From IMG/VR virus record IMGVR_UViG_3300038465_000034: a DNA stretch of 54,077 nt. One strand, 5' to 3'. The notes under the pieces were generated by a model that saw nothing but the letters and a program-made list of their open reading frames with translations, was not told where the DNA came from and did no database searches. Both the position numbers and the translations under genes were made by a program. Below, in pieces: positions 1 to 9,178 of the stretch (position 1 is its first letter; each line of letters begins with the position of its first letter). The stretch is from an uncultured virus (IMG/VR IMGVR_UViG_3300038465_000034) (lineage: Duplodnaviria > Heunggongvirae > Uroviricota > Caudoviricetes).

Positions 1-350
1 CTCTCCAGCGTAACGCCGTCAGGCTTCACGTAAACGACGCTCTCGCCGTCCACGTTCCACCAGCACTTGATGTCCTGATCGCAGTACCGCTTGCGGTTCT
101 TGTCGTGATGCCGATCTTCTTCCTTGTACCACGGCTGCACCAGAGCGTTGATCGCCGTCTTAAGCTTCCGAGGGAAGGCGTCCCGCTTCGATGGCTTGCA
201 GCGGATGACGAAGAAGTTCGCACCCTTCTCGGGCTCGGTGAACGTGCCGTAGACGCTGAACGCCATGTAGTCGCCGTCTTCGCGCTCTTCCATGCGCCCG
301 ATGCGCCCATCGCGAACTTTCGGGTACAGAATGAGAAATGACTTTTTCAT
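1..350 (-). CDS. hypothetical protein (partial, runs off window start)
   Basis: ATG at 350 overlaps the ligase TGA (ATGA); open frame MKKSFLILYPKVRDGRIG... to the window edge. Confidence 0.6.
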   Translation of the reverse strand, partial: MKKSFLILYPKVRDGRIGRMEEREDGDYMAFSVYGTFTEPEKGANFFVIRCKPSKRDAFPRKLKTAINALVQPWYKEEDRHHDKNRKRYCDQDIKCWWNVDGESVVYVKPDGVTLE

Positions 351-1144
351 AATCTGAAATCCTTATTGACCACGATCTGGCTGAGCAAGCACTTCGCGGG
401 CAGCTTGTCGGTACGGACCCGCTGTATCGAAATCTCCATGATGTGCAGGTTCGCAGTGCCCTTGTTGTATTTCACTTCCACGATATCGCCCTTCCTCACA
501 GGAGGTTTGCCGATGATCGATGCCCCGCAAATCTCGTGCAGGATACCATGGTCGTCGTAGCACGCGAGGCGCACGCTATTTTTGTGTTTCTTGCTCGGCC
601 CTACGACAATGGCCTCCAGCGTCTTCCAAAACTTCACTTTCTTGTGATTTCCAGATGTACCCTCGACATACGCCGCCGTCATGTCCCGCACGATCACGCC
701 CTCGGCCCCCTCTTCAAGCAACTGGATCACCAGTTGAGCCTTCGCTTCATGCGTGCGGGCGGTGTACACGGGAGCGATCAGCTTGCTGTACCCGTCGAAC
801 TCCTGATGGTAACGGGCTTCGCGGTGCTCGTAAGAATCCGCTCCACAAATTTCGTCGCCCAGAACCAGAGCATCGAATAGCTTGAGTGTCTTGTTGCCAA
901 CCAGTTCGCCTGCGATGATGAATTGGGGGAGGGGGTGCTTCAAGAGAGCGGCGATTAGATCGCTTGGTAGACCCTTGGCAGGGTCGCCGTTGCGATTGAA
1001 ATCGTGGATGCCGTTCGAATCCTTGCAGATTGTGCGATACTCGCCGTTAAACTTTTCTTGGTAGCCCCAACGCGGGTCGGGGCAATAGCGAGTTAGGACC
1101 GCTTTGTCTACTTCGACTGGTAGGTCTGCAAGAATCTTAGCCAT
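347..1144 (-). CDS. small ATP-dependent DNA ligase (adenylation + OB domain)
   Basis: Motif I QEKFNGE, III AGEL, IIIa LFDAL, IV EGVIVRD, V KKVKFW, C-terminal OB-like EVKY...RVRTDK; start MAKILAD after GGGAGGGG SD. Confidence 0.8.
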   Translation of the reverse strand: MAKILADLPVEVDKAVLTRYCPDPRWGYQEKFNGEYRTICKDSNGIHDFNRNGDPAKGLPSDLIAALLKHPLPQFIIAGELVGNKTLKLFDALVLGDEICGADSYEHREARYHQEFDGYSKLIAPVYTARTHEAKAQLVIQLLEEGAEGVIVRDMTAAYVEGTSGNHKKVKFWKTLEAIVVGPSKKHKNSVRLACYDDHGILHEICGASIIGKPPVRKGDIVEVKYNKGTANLHIMEISIQRVRTDKLPAKCLLSQIVVNKDFRL

Positions 1145-1160
1145 TTCCCCTCCCAATGTC

Positions 1161-1218
1161 ATTATACCCAAATCGGAAGAGAAAACGATAGGATTTATGC
1201 CTTTGTTTCCAACTACTT
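1161..1218 (-). promoter_or_regulatory. conserved ~58-bp promoter cassette, copy 1
   Basis: AAGTAGTTGGAAACAAAG...TTTGGGTATAAT; similar copies at 3920-3977 and 7644-7700. Confidence 0.7.
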
Positions 1219-1488
1219 GGAAGCCGTTTTTGCTCGTTCTTTCTCCAACGCTGTCATGCAGCCCTTGCAGTTGTCGGGGCTCTTGTCGTTGCCCTGCTCG
1301 AACTCGCTGCCGAACGTCATCCACCGCTTGCAGAGCGACCGTCCGCCTCGGAAGTAATGCCACTTGGGTGAGTTGTAGAGGTAGGTCCAGCCCTCGGTCG
1401 GCGGGGCGAGCGTAGGCTTCGGAAGCAAACGCGCAGGGGTCTCGTGCGTTGGGCCTGCGTAACCCTCGTCGTCTTTGACTTCGTTCAT
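1213..1488 (-). CDS. hypothetical phage protein (WHYF...LC...CxxC)
   Basis: Codirectional ORF ending at the promoter cassette. Confidence 0.55.
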   Translation of the reverse strand: MNEVKDDEGYAGPTHETPARLLPKPTLAPPTEGWTYLYNSPKWHYFRGGRSLCKRWMTFGSEFEQGNDKSPDNCKGCMTALEKERAKTASK

Positions 1489-1627
1489 AGTCGCCAGCCT
1501 CCAGCCAATTTCGTTGTCTAAGCCCATATCTTTGCAAACTCCTCGGGCGTCCAGCCCACCTGATCTTGGAAGTCACAGTCGATGACACGGTGGTTCAACG
1601 GATCAGCGGGAAACAGGAAATATGGGT

Positions 1628-1885
1628 TCATGGCTTACCTACCAGTTCGTAGTTTCGTTGCATCAACCACTCCCCGAATGACATCACGGGTCGAATCGAT
1701 TCGAACAGGATTGTGGCCTTGGCGAAGTCGATGGTCTTCTTCACATTCTGAAGATAGATCACCAGCTTCTCGATCTTCACGTTGGCTTGGCACCCGTCGC
1801 AATGGAACCTCCCATCGACGTAGCGTGCCTGTGGCGTGCCACAGAGAGGGCAGGGGTTCTTACCCACCGTAGACCTCTCGCACAA
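1628..1885 (-). CDS. Zn-ribbon hypothetical protein
   Basis: CPLC...CDGC pairs; start uncertain. Confidence 0.5.
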   Translation of the reverse strand: MCERSTVGKNPCPLCGTPQARYVDGRFHCDGCQANVKIEKLVIYLQNVKKTIDFAKATILFESIRPVMSFGEWLMQRNYELVGKP

Positions 1886-2072
1886 TGGCTGCCAGTGTGG
1901 TGACGATCTCTTCCTTGATGTCGCGGTCGCAGCCTTCCAGTTCGTTGCCGACCCCGCGACGGTCGCCCAGATCGGCCAGAATTGCCAACGCCGTCGTTTC
2001 CGCTTTGTCTACAGGCGGTCGGTCGTTGAACGGGAACTCGGTGCCGTGCTTAACACTGAATTTTGCGTCCAT
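1860..2072 (-). CDS. hypothetical protein
   Basis: Tightly packed minus-strand ORF, TAATG coupling with upstream gene. Confidence 0.55.
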   Translation of the reverse strand: MDAKFSVKHGTEFPFNDRPPVDKAETTALAILADLGDRRGVGNELEGCDRDIKEEIVTTLAAIVREVYGG

Positions 2073-2476
2073 TAGAATGTTTCCCCTTTGAGACGAGTGA
2101 TTTCCATCTGCTGTTTGGAAATTTCCTTGCTTAACTTCTGGACGCGGACATCGCGCATTTGAGCGAGACTACCGAGTATGTAGTCGGGAATCTTGTAACC
2201 AGCCCGCCTTGCCGCAGGGTAGAATTCGAGTTGAAAACTCAAAGCTGCGTCAGAGCCTTCGCCGTTGCACGGCCAGTACCGCCCTCTGCCGAGAACATCC
2301 CACACCACGAGCGTACTGAACACTTCGCGGACTGCGGTGTCTGTGCAATCGTCTCTCAGGTCTCGTTGCAGGCGGCGGTCACCTTTCGCGAGTTCCTCCA
2401 GTTGCTTCGGCGTGAAGATGACGCCGTAGTTCTTTTCCATCTCATTCCTGAGATGGGGGTACTTTTGGCGTTTCAT
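2072..2476 (-). CDS. hypothetical protein
   Basis: Tightly packed minus-strand ORF. Confidence 0.55.
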   Translation of the reverse strand: MKRQKYPHLRNEMEKNYGVIFTPKQLEELAKGDRRLQRDLRDDCTDTAVREVFSTLVVWDVLGRGRYWPCNGEGSDAALSFQLEFYPAARRAGYKIPDYILGSLAQMRDVRVQKLSKEISKQQMEITRLKGETF

Positions 2477-3067
2477 TTAGAAGTGCCCCCAATAAGCCCT
2501 GTACAGATGGTTCGCAGAGAGCAGGAATGGTTCCCATTCAGTGTCAAACTGGCAGTTGTGGTTGGCGTCGATGAACAGCGGGGCGATCTGTTCTTTCGTC
2601 CAGCCCGCGAAGCCGCACCCGATCTGGGTGACTTGGAATGTCTCTTCGCGGTCTACGGCAGCGACCTGATCGGCGTAGATCAGGAAGCATGATATGTAGA
2701 ACTGAACTTTGCTGAATGGAATCTGCCAGCCCGGGCGACCCACGGGCACGTGGCAAGTCGGGATTCCAAAGCTGTTGCCTTGCGGCCCGAAGCCTTGATG
2801 CAGGATGGCCCCGTGTTTATCGCGGGCGACCTTCGCCGCCCCGCCGCCATGGATGCCCTGTTCATTACTGCCGAATACGAAAACAGGTGTCTTGCGCTGT
2901 TCGTCGGTCAGGACTGGATCACCGATGATGATTTCTTCGTTGTCAAATCGCAAACTTACGTCCCGCTCGCTCTGTTTGCAGTCGAGGCAGATTTCCTCAT
3001 TGTTGAACATGCTCATAATTGTAACTGAGGTCGGTTTACCGCATCGTTGGCAGTCCATAGGTGTCAT
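2477..3067 (-). CDS. Zn-finger fused to macrodomain-like phage protein (A1S_2505-like)
   Basis: N-terminal CQRC...MSMFN..ICLDC; then VFVFGSNEQGIHGGGAA...FGIPT...VTQIGCGFAG motifs. Confidence 0.7.
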   Translation of the reverse strand: MTPMDCQRCGKPTSVTIMSMFNNEEICLDCKQSERDVSLRFDNEEIIIGDPVLTDEQRKTPVFVFGSNEQGIHGGGAAKVARDKHGAILHQGFGPQGNSFGIPTCHVPVGRPGWQIPFSKVQFYISCFLIYADQVAAVDREETFQVTQIGCGFAGWTKEQIAPLFIDANHNCQFDTEWEPFLLSANHLYRAYWGHF

Positions 3068-3450
3068 TCGCCTGCTCCAGCGCCCTTCGCTTTGGCATCC
3101 GTCAACCAACACGGCTTGCTGCTCGCAAACATCAAAGTTGCTTCCGTCGCCAACATTGCCAGCACTTCCGCATCGGACAATGGCTTCGGTTCGGGTTTCG
3201 GTTCTGGTCCCGCCTTCTCCAAGAGCCGATCTAAAAAATCGTTCATCTGCTTGTCGATTTGCCGATTGCTAACTTGTGAAGAAATTCGCGGGCCGAAAGA
3301 CTGGCTCACGACAGGCTTGCGAACTGGCTCCGTGAAGGGCGGCTCATGGAACGAAGATACTTCGACCAAGGTAGCCGACTCGCTTTTGCGACGATCAGCT
3401 TTGCGCCGATCTTCCGCACGCCGTTCGTTTATTTCTTCGAGAAAAGGCAT
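3064..3450 (-). CDS. hypothetical protein
   Basis: ORF coupled to neighbours. Confidence 0.5.
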   Translation of the reverse strand: MPFLEEINERRAEDRRKADRRKSESATLVEVSSFHEPPFTEPVRKPVVSQSFGPRISSQVSNRQIDKQMNDFLDRLLEKAGPEPKPEPKPLSDAEVLAMLATEATLMFASSKPCWLTDAKAKGAGAGE

Positions 3451-3685
3451 TATGCGACCGCGTGCTTTCTGATGGGTCTCCCCATCGTTAATGTCGCCAG
3501 CTTCACAATCTCTTCGGGGCACAACCAGCCTCGTTTGGTGCCCAAGCTGAGCACCTTCAGGATGCTGATCGCAGCGATTAGAGGTTTCTTATCGATGGGC
3601 GTGCCGTTCAGATATAGAGCGGCCTTACACAATTTTTTGGCGTAACGCGCCTGCCGTGCTTTCGCCCGACGTAGTTCGTTTTTGG

Positions 3686-3913
3686 TCATACCAACTCCGA
3701 AAGGTAGACTGTGGCTCTTGCCGTAATGCGGCCCACGTTCGGGGCGGTGATCGGTCGAAATTCCGTACCCTTCACCCAGACGTGACCCCCAAGGTGATTG
3801 ACACAGACGTAGAATGGCGTGCCACGCTCTTTCTTGAAAGGTGCGACGGCGGTCGGCAGGTCGTTGCCTTCGTAGTCCACGCAATCGTACCAAGTGCCAA
3901 GCTTGATTCTCAT
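3686..3913 (-). CDS. hypothetical protein, probably leaderless
   Basis: TATAAT-6 nt-ATG (MRIKLGTWYD...). Confidence 0.55.
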   Translation of the reverse strand: MRIKLGTWYDCVDYEGNDLPTAVAPFKKERGTPFYVCVNHLGGHVWVKGTEFRPITAPNVGRITARATVYLSELV

Positions 3914-3919
3914 GTCCCT

Positions 3920-3977
3920 ATTATACCCAAACGGAGAGGTAAAACGATAGCTTTTTTGTCTTTGTTTTCTACTACTT
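3920..3977 (-). promoter_or_regulatory. conserved promoter cassette, copy 2
   Basis: AAGTAGTAGAAAACAAAG...CTATCGTTTT...TTTGGGTATAAT. Confidence 0.7.
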
Positions 3978-4520
3978 AGGGGTCTGAGAAAAAGCCAAAG
4001 GGAGGTAGTCGAGGTAGCCCAGCACTTCCTGCTTGTCCACAGGCACCGTGGCGAACGCCGTAGTGACTTCGCCATTGCACGGCTGGGTGCAGCCAACGCA
4101 GTAGACCGCCGCGTTTGTGTCATTGAATTTGAAAGCCAGCACGTCCGCATGATCGCGGAGCAGGTTGTAGGTGTGTTCCAGTTCGAAGCTGTCGCGGCAC
4201 GAGAGGATGATCGTGGTAATGGGTTCGTAGATGACCAAACTGCTCAGCGCACGAATCGCCTGCTTGAGTTTCTTCAAGCTGACGATACTGCTGAAACTGA
4301 GCAAATCCTTCACGGCGTCGATCACCATGTGGTGTCCCATGCGGCGGACGGCGTGGCACGCCTGAGCCGCGAGCCGACCCGGAATCTGCACGATGTCGCG
4401 AGTCTTGCTGCCGCAAGGAACTCCCGAGAGGCGGACAAGGTGGTTGCCGATGATCGTACTCGTCAACGGATGCTGAACGGTCTCCGCAACTACAACGTAG
4501 ATGATCTTCTCATTGTTCAT
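3972..4520 (-). CDS. peptidyl-tRNA hydrolase, Pth2-like
   Basis: IYVVV...GRLAAQACHA...TTIIL...FNDT...TAFATVP...LPL pattern of the PTH2 fold. Confidence 0.7.
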   Translation of the reverse strand: MNNEKIIYVVVAETVQHPLTSTIIGNHLVRLSGVPCGSKTRDIVQIPGRLAAQACHAVRRMGHHMVIDAVKDLLSFSSIVSLKKLKQAIRALSSLVIYEPITTIILSCRDSFELEHTYNLLRDHADVLAFKFNDTNAAVYCVGCTQPCNGEVTTAFATVPVDKQEVLGYLDYLPLAFSQTPK

Positions 4521-4916
4521 GATGTTTTGCGACCTCTTCGGTGGGCATAGTGCCTTTCATTCGGTTAACAATCCCTGATTTCTACTTTCCAGCCGAACTT
4601 CGTACAGAAGTCTCGGACTGTTTCCTCACTGACGTTCGTGAAGAAACAATCGGCCCAATGGTTCTCGTCACCCTCGAAGATGTCGCCGTCCTCTACGATT
4701 ATCCACATATCGGTAATGGCTGCTCCCCGCAGAGAAAATCCAGAGCCAGTTCGTTCAGGTTCTTGCTGATGGCGGCGAGTGGGCGTTCCTTGCCGCCGAC
4801 TTCCGCCGCACCACGCCCATACCTGTTCTCGCAGGAGACCATGGCGTAGCGGTCATTGCTCACGACAGCCTTGAGGATGTCGATGGCGATAATCATGCGT
4901 TTGACTCGATCTTCCA

Positions 4917-5315
4917 TTAGTCCTTCCCCAAACATCGCCAGCAGGCTTTGATGTCGAAGCCGCCGACGCGGTTGCTACCAAACGGGATATCGTGCACAAT
5001 GCAGCGGTCCCCCTCGGGCACGCCGTTCGCTTTCTGTGCCTCGGCGAACGCGATCTCTTTCTTGGTTGCCAGCCGTTGGACACCGAAACCGCCCGTATGC
5101 ATGATGGGCTTCTTTTCCCGCCACTTCGATACCTCATGAGCGCGGTACTTCCGAGGGCTGTTGAAATTCCACGACGCCATCACCCACTGCCCCGCAGGAT
5201 CGACCTCGGTGATCTTGATGGCGAATGCGGATGTCGTTCGCAGGGTGGTGTTGCCCATGCCACGCCGCTCTAAATTGAAAACCGTCTGCCCGACCTGTAG
5301 CTTCTCGATCTTCAC
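4917..5315 (-). CDS. hypothetical phage protein
   Basis: ORF with SD GGAGG; coupled to neighbours. Confidence 0.55.
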   Translation of the reverse strand: MKIEKLQVGQTVFNLERRGMGNTTLRTTSAFAIKITEVDPAGQWVMASWNFNSPRKYRAHEVSKWREKKPIMHTGGFGVQRLATKKEIAFAEAQKANGVPEGDRCIVHDIPFGSNRVGGFDIKACWRCLGKD

Positions 5316-5656
5316 TAGCAGCCTCCCATGGCTTCGTGCTCAGCGGTATGAATGGCTTCGATGTCATCCGCATCGGCTTCGGTCTCGAAACCGTACAGAT
5401 ATCGCATTCGATCTGCCAGCCACTTTGCGCTGTTGGTATGGACGCTTTCGTAAAGCTTCTGGTAGGTCATCATACCACAACCTTTCGCTTGAACCAACCG
5501 AAGTTGAAACCGTAGGGCTCGAACTCGATCTCGTCCCCCACCTGAACCCCATCTTCGCGGCTGGCGATGATGTGGTAATCAGGGTCCTTCCCGTAGAGAA
5601 GAACCCTGTCACCCTGATCGTCAATCCTGATGATGTTGAGATATCGTTTCATAACG

Positions 5657-6052
5657 TTACCGACAGACGATAGGTTGCAGCGTTGAACCAGCCGTGTTGG
5701 GCTGAATGTCCTTCCACACGCTCGGTGCTGAGAGTGTCGCAGGAGTCACACTGGTGTCGAACTTGGCGAACGTGTACTGGCGCGTGACGCAGTTAACGTC
5801 GTTCTGATAGAAACTCGTGACCCCAGACCCCGCCGTGACGGTTTCATACTTAAAGGTAACGATGTCACCACTGCGTGTCAAGCTGGACGGGCTGTAGTAG
5901 ATGCTGTACGTCCACGTTGTGTTGTCGGGGCGGGTAACCGTAAACGTCCCACCACTGACCGCCGTCCAGTCGTTTCTGCCGACCTGCGCCATTGCAGAAC
6001 CAAACGCCAGTCCTGCGATGATTGCTACGAGCGAGAACAGTTTCAACTTCAT
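5657..6052 (-). CDS. secreted protein, surface-adhesin-E-like
   Basis: Signal peptide ending AMA-Q; W...Y..S..R.GD...NC..RQ...W..I.P....IVC pattern. Confidence 0.55.
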   Translation of the reverse strand: MKLKLFSLVAIIAGLAFGSAMAQVGRNDWTAVSGGTFTVTRPDNTTWTYSIYYSPSSLTRSGDIVTFKYETVTAGSGVTSFYQNDVNCVTRQYTFAKFDTSVTPATLSAPSVWKDIQPNTAGSTLQPIVCR

Positions 6053-6176
6053 TTTGATGCTCCCTTCATTTGCGGTAGGTCGCAACCCTAAGAACTAAAA
6101 TTCGCTGGCGGCTCTCGTATTATAGACCTTCGCTCTTACCTACAGGAACGGTCAGGCTGTCGGCCAGCTTCTACTT

Positions 6177-6344
6177 TTAGATTCCGTTCTTCCTCACCCA
6201 CGCACTGACCTGTGGATGCCCCTTACAGATCGCGTACAAGGCAACGCAGATGCCCGCCATCTGCAAGAACGGATTGGGCAAGAATGATGCCACAAAACCC
6301 AAGACCCCGAGTGACATCCAAACGTCGCTGGTGGTAATCTTCAT
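6177..6344 (-). CDS. small two-TM membrane protein
   Basis: SD AGGAGG, two hydrophobic segments. Confidence 0.55.
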   Translation of the reverse strand: MKITTSDVWMSLGVLGFVASFLPNPFLQMAGICVALYAICKGHPQVSAWVRKNGI

Positions 6345-6620
6345 GTTGCCTCCTGAAAATCTGCATAGGGCAGTTCGGCTTCTAACCGTTCCTTCTGGCA
6401 TCGCCAGTGCTTGTCGCTAAGCCCTCCCCGCTGCTACGGGGTGTCGTCTTCCGTGGGCCGCTCTTTTGCGGAACCCGCCCTACCGCCGCACCGTTTAGGG
6501 TGCGGTCTCTTCTCGTCATTGTCCCCGCAAGCTTATCGTGGACCGTGCTTCAATCGCAGTATGGCTTCATCGTGACCCGAAGGCCGCTTTACACCCCCGC
6601 TTTACACACGGTCCACAAAC

Positions 6621-7637
6621 TTATTTGCCCGCTGTCGCACCCTTCGACTTCTGCTGTGCCAGCGAAGCCTTCAAGGACGCCATCAGGTCAACGGCAGGTG
6701 CGGTCGCCGTCTTGACCTCAGGCGTTTCCAGAGTCTTGTCGGCAGCCTTCGCCGTAATCAGGGCGCGTGTGGCGGCAAGTGAGCCGTCATACGGGGCGGG
6801 CACGAATGCCGCTTTCTTGGCCACCGCGAGTTCGGCGAACACCGCCGTCATTTCGGGATTCAACTCGGGAGCCGAAAACTTGTCGCAGTTGCGGACTTCG
6901 TACTCCGCGAACAGGTAGTGCATCATCAGGCCGAAGCCCTCGGGACGCACGATGAAATATTGCTCACGTCCGCCTTTCACGCGAACGCCACGTCCCCAGA
7001 GGCCGCTCTCACGCAAGCCAGCGACGAAGTGGTCGTAGCCAACCTTGTCGTTCGGGTTCTTGCTGTCGGAGTCCAGAGAGACGTACTCGGAGTCTTCGAT
7101 GTACTTCGGGTTCACGTCGGTGGGGTCAACCGTCTCGGTGACGATCATGAGCTTGTCGGAGGTCGGACGGTACTGAGCGATCTCTTCGTCGGTCAGGGTG
7201 ACGTACTTGTCCTTGCTGACTTCGATGCCCTTCACGATCTGATCCTTCTCGACGGTCGTGTTGCAGCACGAGCAGGTCGATTTGCCATCCTTGATGCGAC
7301 CCATGCAGGGGACAACAACGTCTACTTCGACGCCATCGACCATCTGTTTGACGGTCTTCGACTTGTGCAGCATGTTGCGCTTGATCGAATCGGCTTCGGC
7401 GGCGACGTAGGTCTTCACGTCGAACTGAATGCTGTCGAAAACGATCATGCGACCAGTGAAGGTCGAGGACTTGGTGGTTTTCTTTTCAGGAGTTTTCGCA
7501 GAGGTAGGGACGGGCAGCTTCGCCACGTTCAGCATGGTCACCAGCTTGTTGCTTAGCTCGGCAACAGTGGAGGACTTATCGGCTGCTGGTGCTTCAATCG
7601 CTTCGACTGCGGGAACCGCTTTCTTTGTTTTCGCCAT
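6621..7637 (-). CDS. ku: Ku (non-homologous end-joining / DNA end-binding protein)
   Basis: FTGRM...VKTYVA...LHK...GRIK...IVKGIEVSKDKYVTLTDEE...MMHYLFAEYEVR and C-terminal VDLMASLKASL of bacterial Ku. Confidence 0.88.
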   Translation of the reverse strand: MAKTKKAVPAVEAIEAPAADKSSTVAELSNKLVTMLNVAKLPVPTSAKTPEKKTTKSSTFTGRMIVFDSIQFDVKTYVAAEADSIKRNMLHKSKTVKQMVDGVEVDVVVPCMGRIKDGKSTCSCCNTTVEKDQIVKGIEVSKDKYVTLTDEEIAQYRPTSDKLMIVTETVDPTDVNPKYIEDSEYVSLDSDSKNPNDKVGYDHFVAGLRESGLWGRGVRVKGGREQYFIVRPEGFGLMMHYLFAEYEVRNCDKFSAPELNPEMTAVFAELAVAKKAAFVPAPYDGSLAATRALITAKAADKTLETPEVKTATAPAVDLMASLKASLAQQKSKGATAGK

Positions 7638-7643
7638 GCCCCT

Positions 7644-7700
7644 ATTATACCCAAAAACACGGGGAAATCTCTACTTTTTTGCCCTTTGTTTTCAACACTA
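7644..7700 (-). promoter_or_regulatory. conserved promoter cassette, copy 3 (leaderless ku)
   Basis: TAGTGTTGAAAACAAAG...TTTGGGTATAAT-AGGGGC-ATG. Confidence 0.7.
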
Positions 7701-7739
7701 TGCGGACAGAATGCGGACAGGATTCGGACAAATGCTGAC

Positions 7740-7776
7740 AAAGAGAAACGGGAGCCGTTTTTCCACGACTCCCGTT
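7740..7776 (-). terminator. intrinsic terminator after rIIB
   Basis: AACGGGAGTCG-loop-CGGCTCCCGTT followed by TCTCTTT on the minus strand. Confidence 0.65.
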
Positions 7777-7864
7777 AAGGGGTGATTCCGTTTAGATGCA
7801 ACCGCCTAAGTAGGGCGGGGAGAGAAGCTCACGACAGAATCGAGTCCCCTATCTTATGAAAATG

Positions 7865-9178
7865 CTAGTCTTCATCCTCAACGTCGTATCCATACGGGTC
7901 CACGTAACCCTCATCCTCGCAGTCAATCAGGCTCACGTTGGAATCCATACTGGACCCCGCCGTGTAAGACCCTGCCGCCGCACCGCGAGCCTTCGGCCCT
8001 GTGGGGTAAGAAACGTGGCTGCAACCCGCTGCTGTGGTGCCCTTCAAGGTTGCGATGGCACCGATGACCTGATCCACCAACTGAGGATTCGGCGTGTCGG
8101 CTACCTCGGCATTGTAGATGACCTTGTAAGGTACATCGCACTCTGCCGCGACTTCGCCGATGGTCAGGCCAGCCTGTACACGAATCGGCTTGAGCGGGTT
8201 CTCGAACAGCTTGCTCATGTCGGGCGGCGTGACCATGGCGTAGAATTGGTTGTACCACTTCCGCAGGCGGGCGGTGCTCGCCTTACGTAGGCTCGTCTTG
8301 GTCAGCTTGCGCTTGCCAAGCAACCGCTTGACACCCGGAAGTTCGTACAGAGCCTTCAAGATGTCCTTTTTCTCTTGCAGGATCGGGACGAAGACTTGCT
8401 GCATGAACTTGTGGTCGGTCTGCGAATCCGCAGCGAAGTCTTCCAGTTCGCGGAGGACTTCGTATCGCCATGTGCGACCCTTGGTGAAACCGTAATCCTT
8501 CGGAATGGCAACCACGTCCGCAGGATTGATCTTCACGGCCATGATGTGCCCGCTCTCGGACTTGTGCCAGCCCGCGAAGACGCCCAGATAACCCAGAGAG
8601 CAGAAGTGATACCCACGGCTGCACTCATTGTGGCGGTCGGGGTCCACGTCAGTGCGCTTCATCATCGGCACTTCACCCGGCTTGTTGCACGTCAAACCAG
8701 TGCGGCAATCCGTGTAGTCGGAGTTGACGAACTTGTAGGCGATGAAACACCCATCGTCGGTCGGGCAGAACTTGCCATTGGCGAAGTTCATGAGCCATTC
8801 GAAGAGTTCCTGCTGTGCGGACTCTTCGGGGTTCTTGTAGAGGTTGTCCATAAACCGCAGCCAGATCGCGATGGGCTGACGAGCCGCCATCAACTCGCCG
8901 ATCTTGCGGGTCAAGCCGTTCTCGACCTTGCGACCTTTGTAGTACACGCCATCCTTCTTGATGACAATGTGTCCCTGAGATTGATTGGCGATCTCTTGGG
9001 CTGCATCCAACAGCAGCGGCACCCGAGCGAAATTCTTACGACGCAGGGCATAGATCAACTTGCCGAACGTCGGGTGCGTGGAGTTCAGACGATAGGGGAC
9101 CAGCTTGCCGCCTTCGTTCATCACGATTGATGCGAAAGTCGGCTTAACGACAGATGAAACAATCTTGCTCTTACTCAT
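7865..9178 (-). CDS. rIIB: rIIB-like protein with C-terminal XRE-type HTH
   Basis: FM.NL..NP...ELF..L...TDDGCFIAYK.V..DYTD...ECSRGYHFCS..Y...VKINPADVVAIP.DY...KGR..RYEV; directly downstream of rIIA. Confidence 0.88.
   Translation of the reverse strand: MSKSKIVSSVVKPTFASIVMNEGGKLVPYRLNSTHPTFGKLIYALRRKNFARVPLLLDAAQEIANQSQGHIVIKKDGVYYKGRKVENGLTRKIGELMAARQPIAIWLRFMDNLYKNPEESAQQELFEWLMNFANGKFCPTDDGCFIAYKFVNSDYTDCRTGLTCNKPGEVPMMKRTDVDPDRHNECSRGYHFCSLGYLGVFAGWHKSESGHIMAVKINPADVVAIPKDYGFTKGRTWRYEVLRELEDFAADSQTDHKFMQQVFVPILQEKKDILKALYELPGVKRLLGKRKLTKTSLRKASTARLRKWYNQFYAMVTPPDMSKLFENPLKPIRVQAGLTIGEVAAECDVPYKVIYNAEVADTPNPQLVDQVIGAIATLKGTTAAGCSHVSYPTGPKARGAAAGSYTAGSSMDSNVSLIDCEDEGYVDPYGYDVEDED

Noticed and set aside
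1145..1588. N-terminal extension of the 413-aa ligase ORF
   Set aside because: Spans another gene and a promoter; the real start is ATG 1144 with an SD
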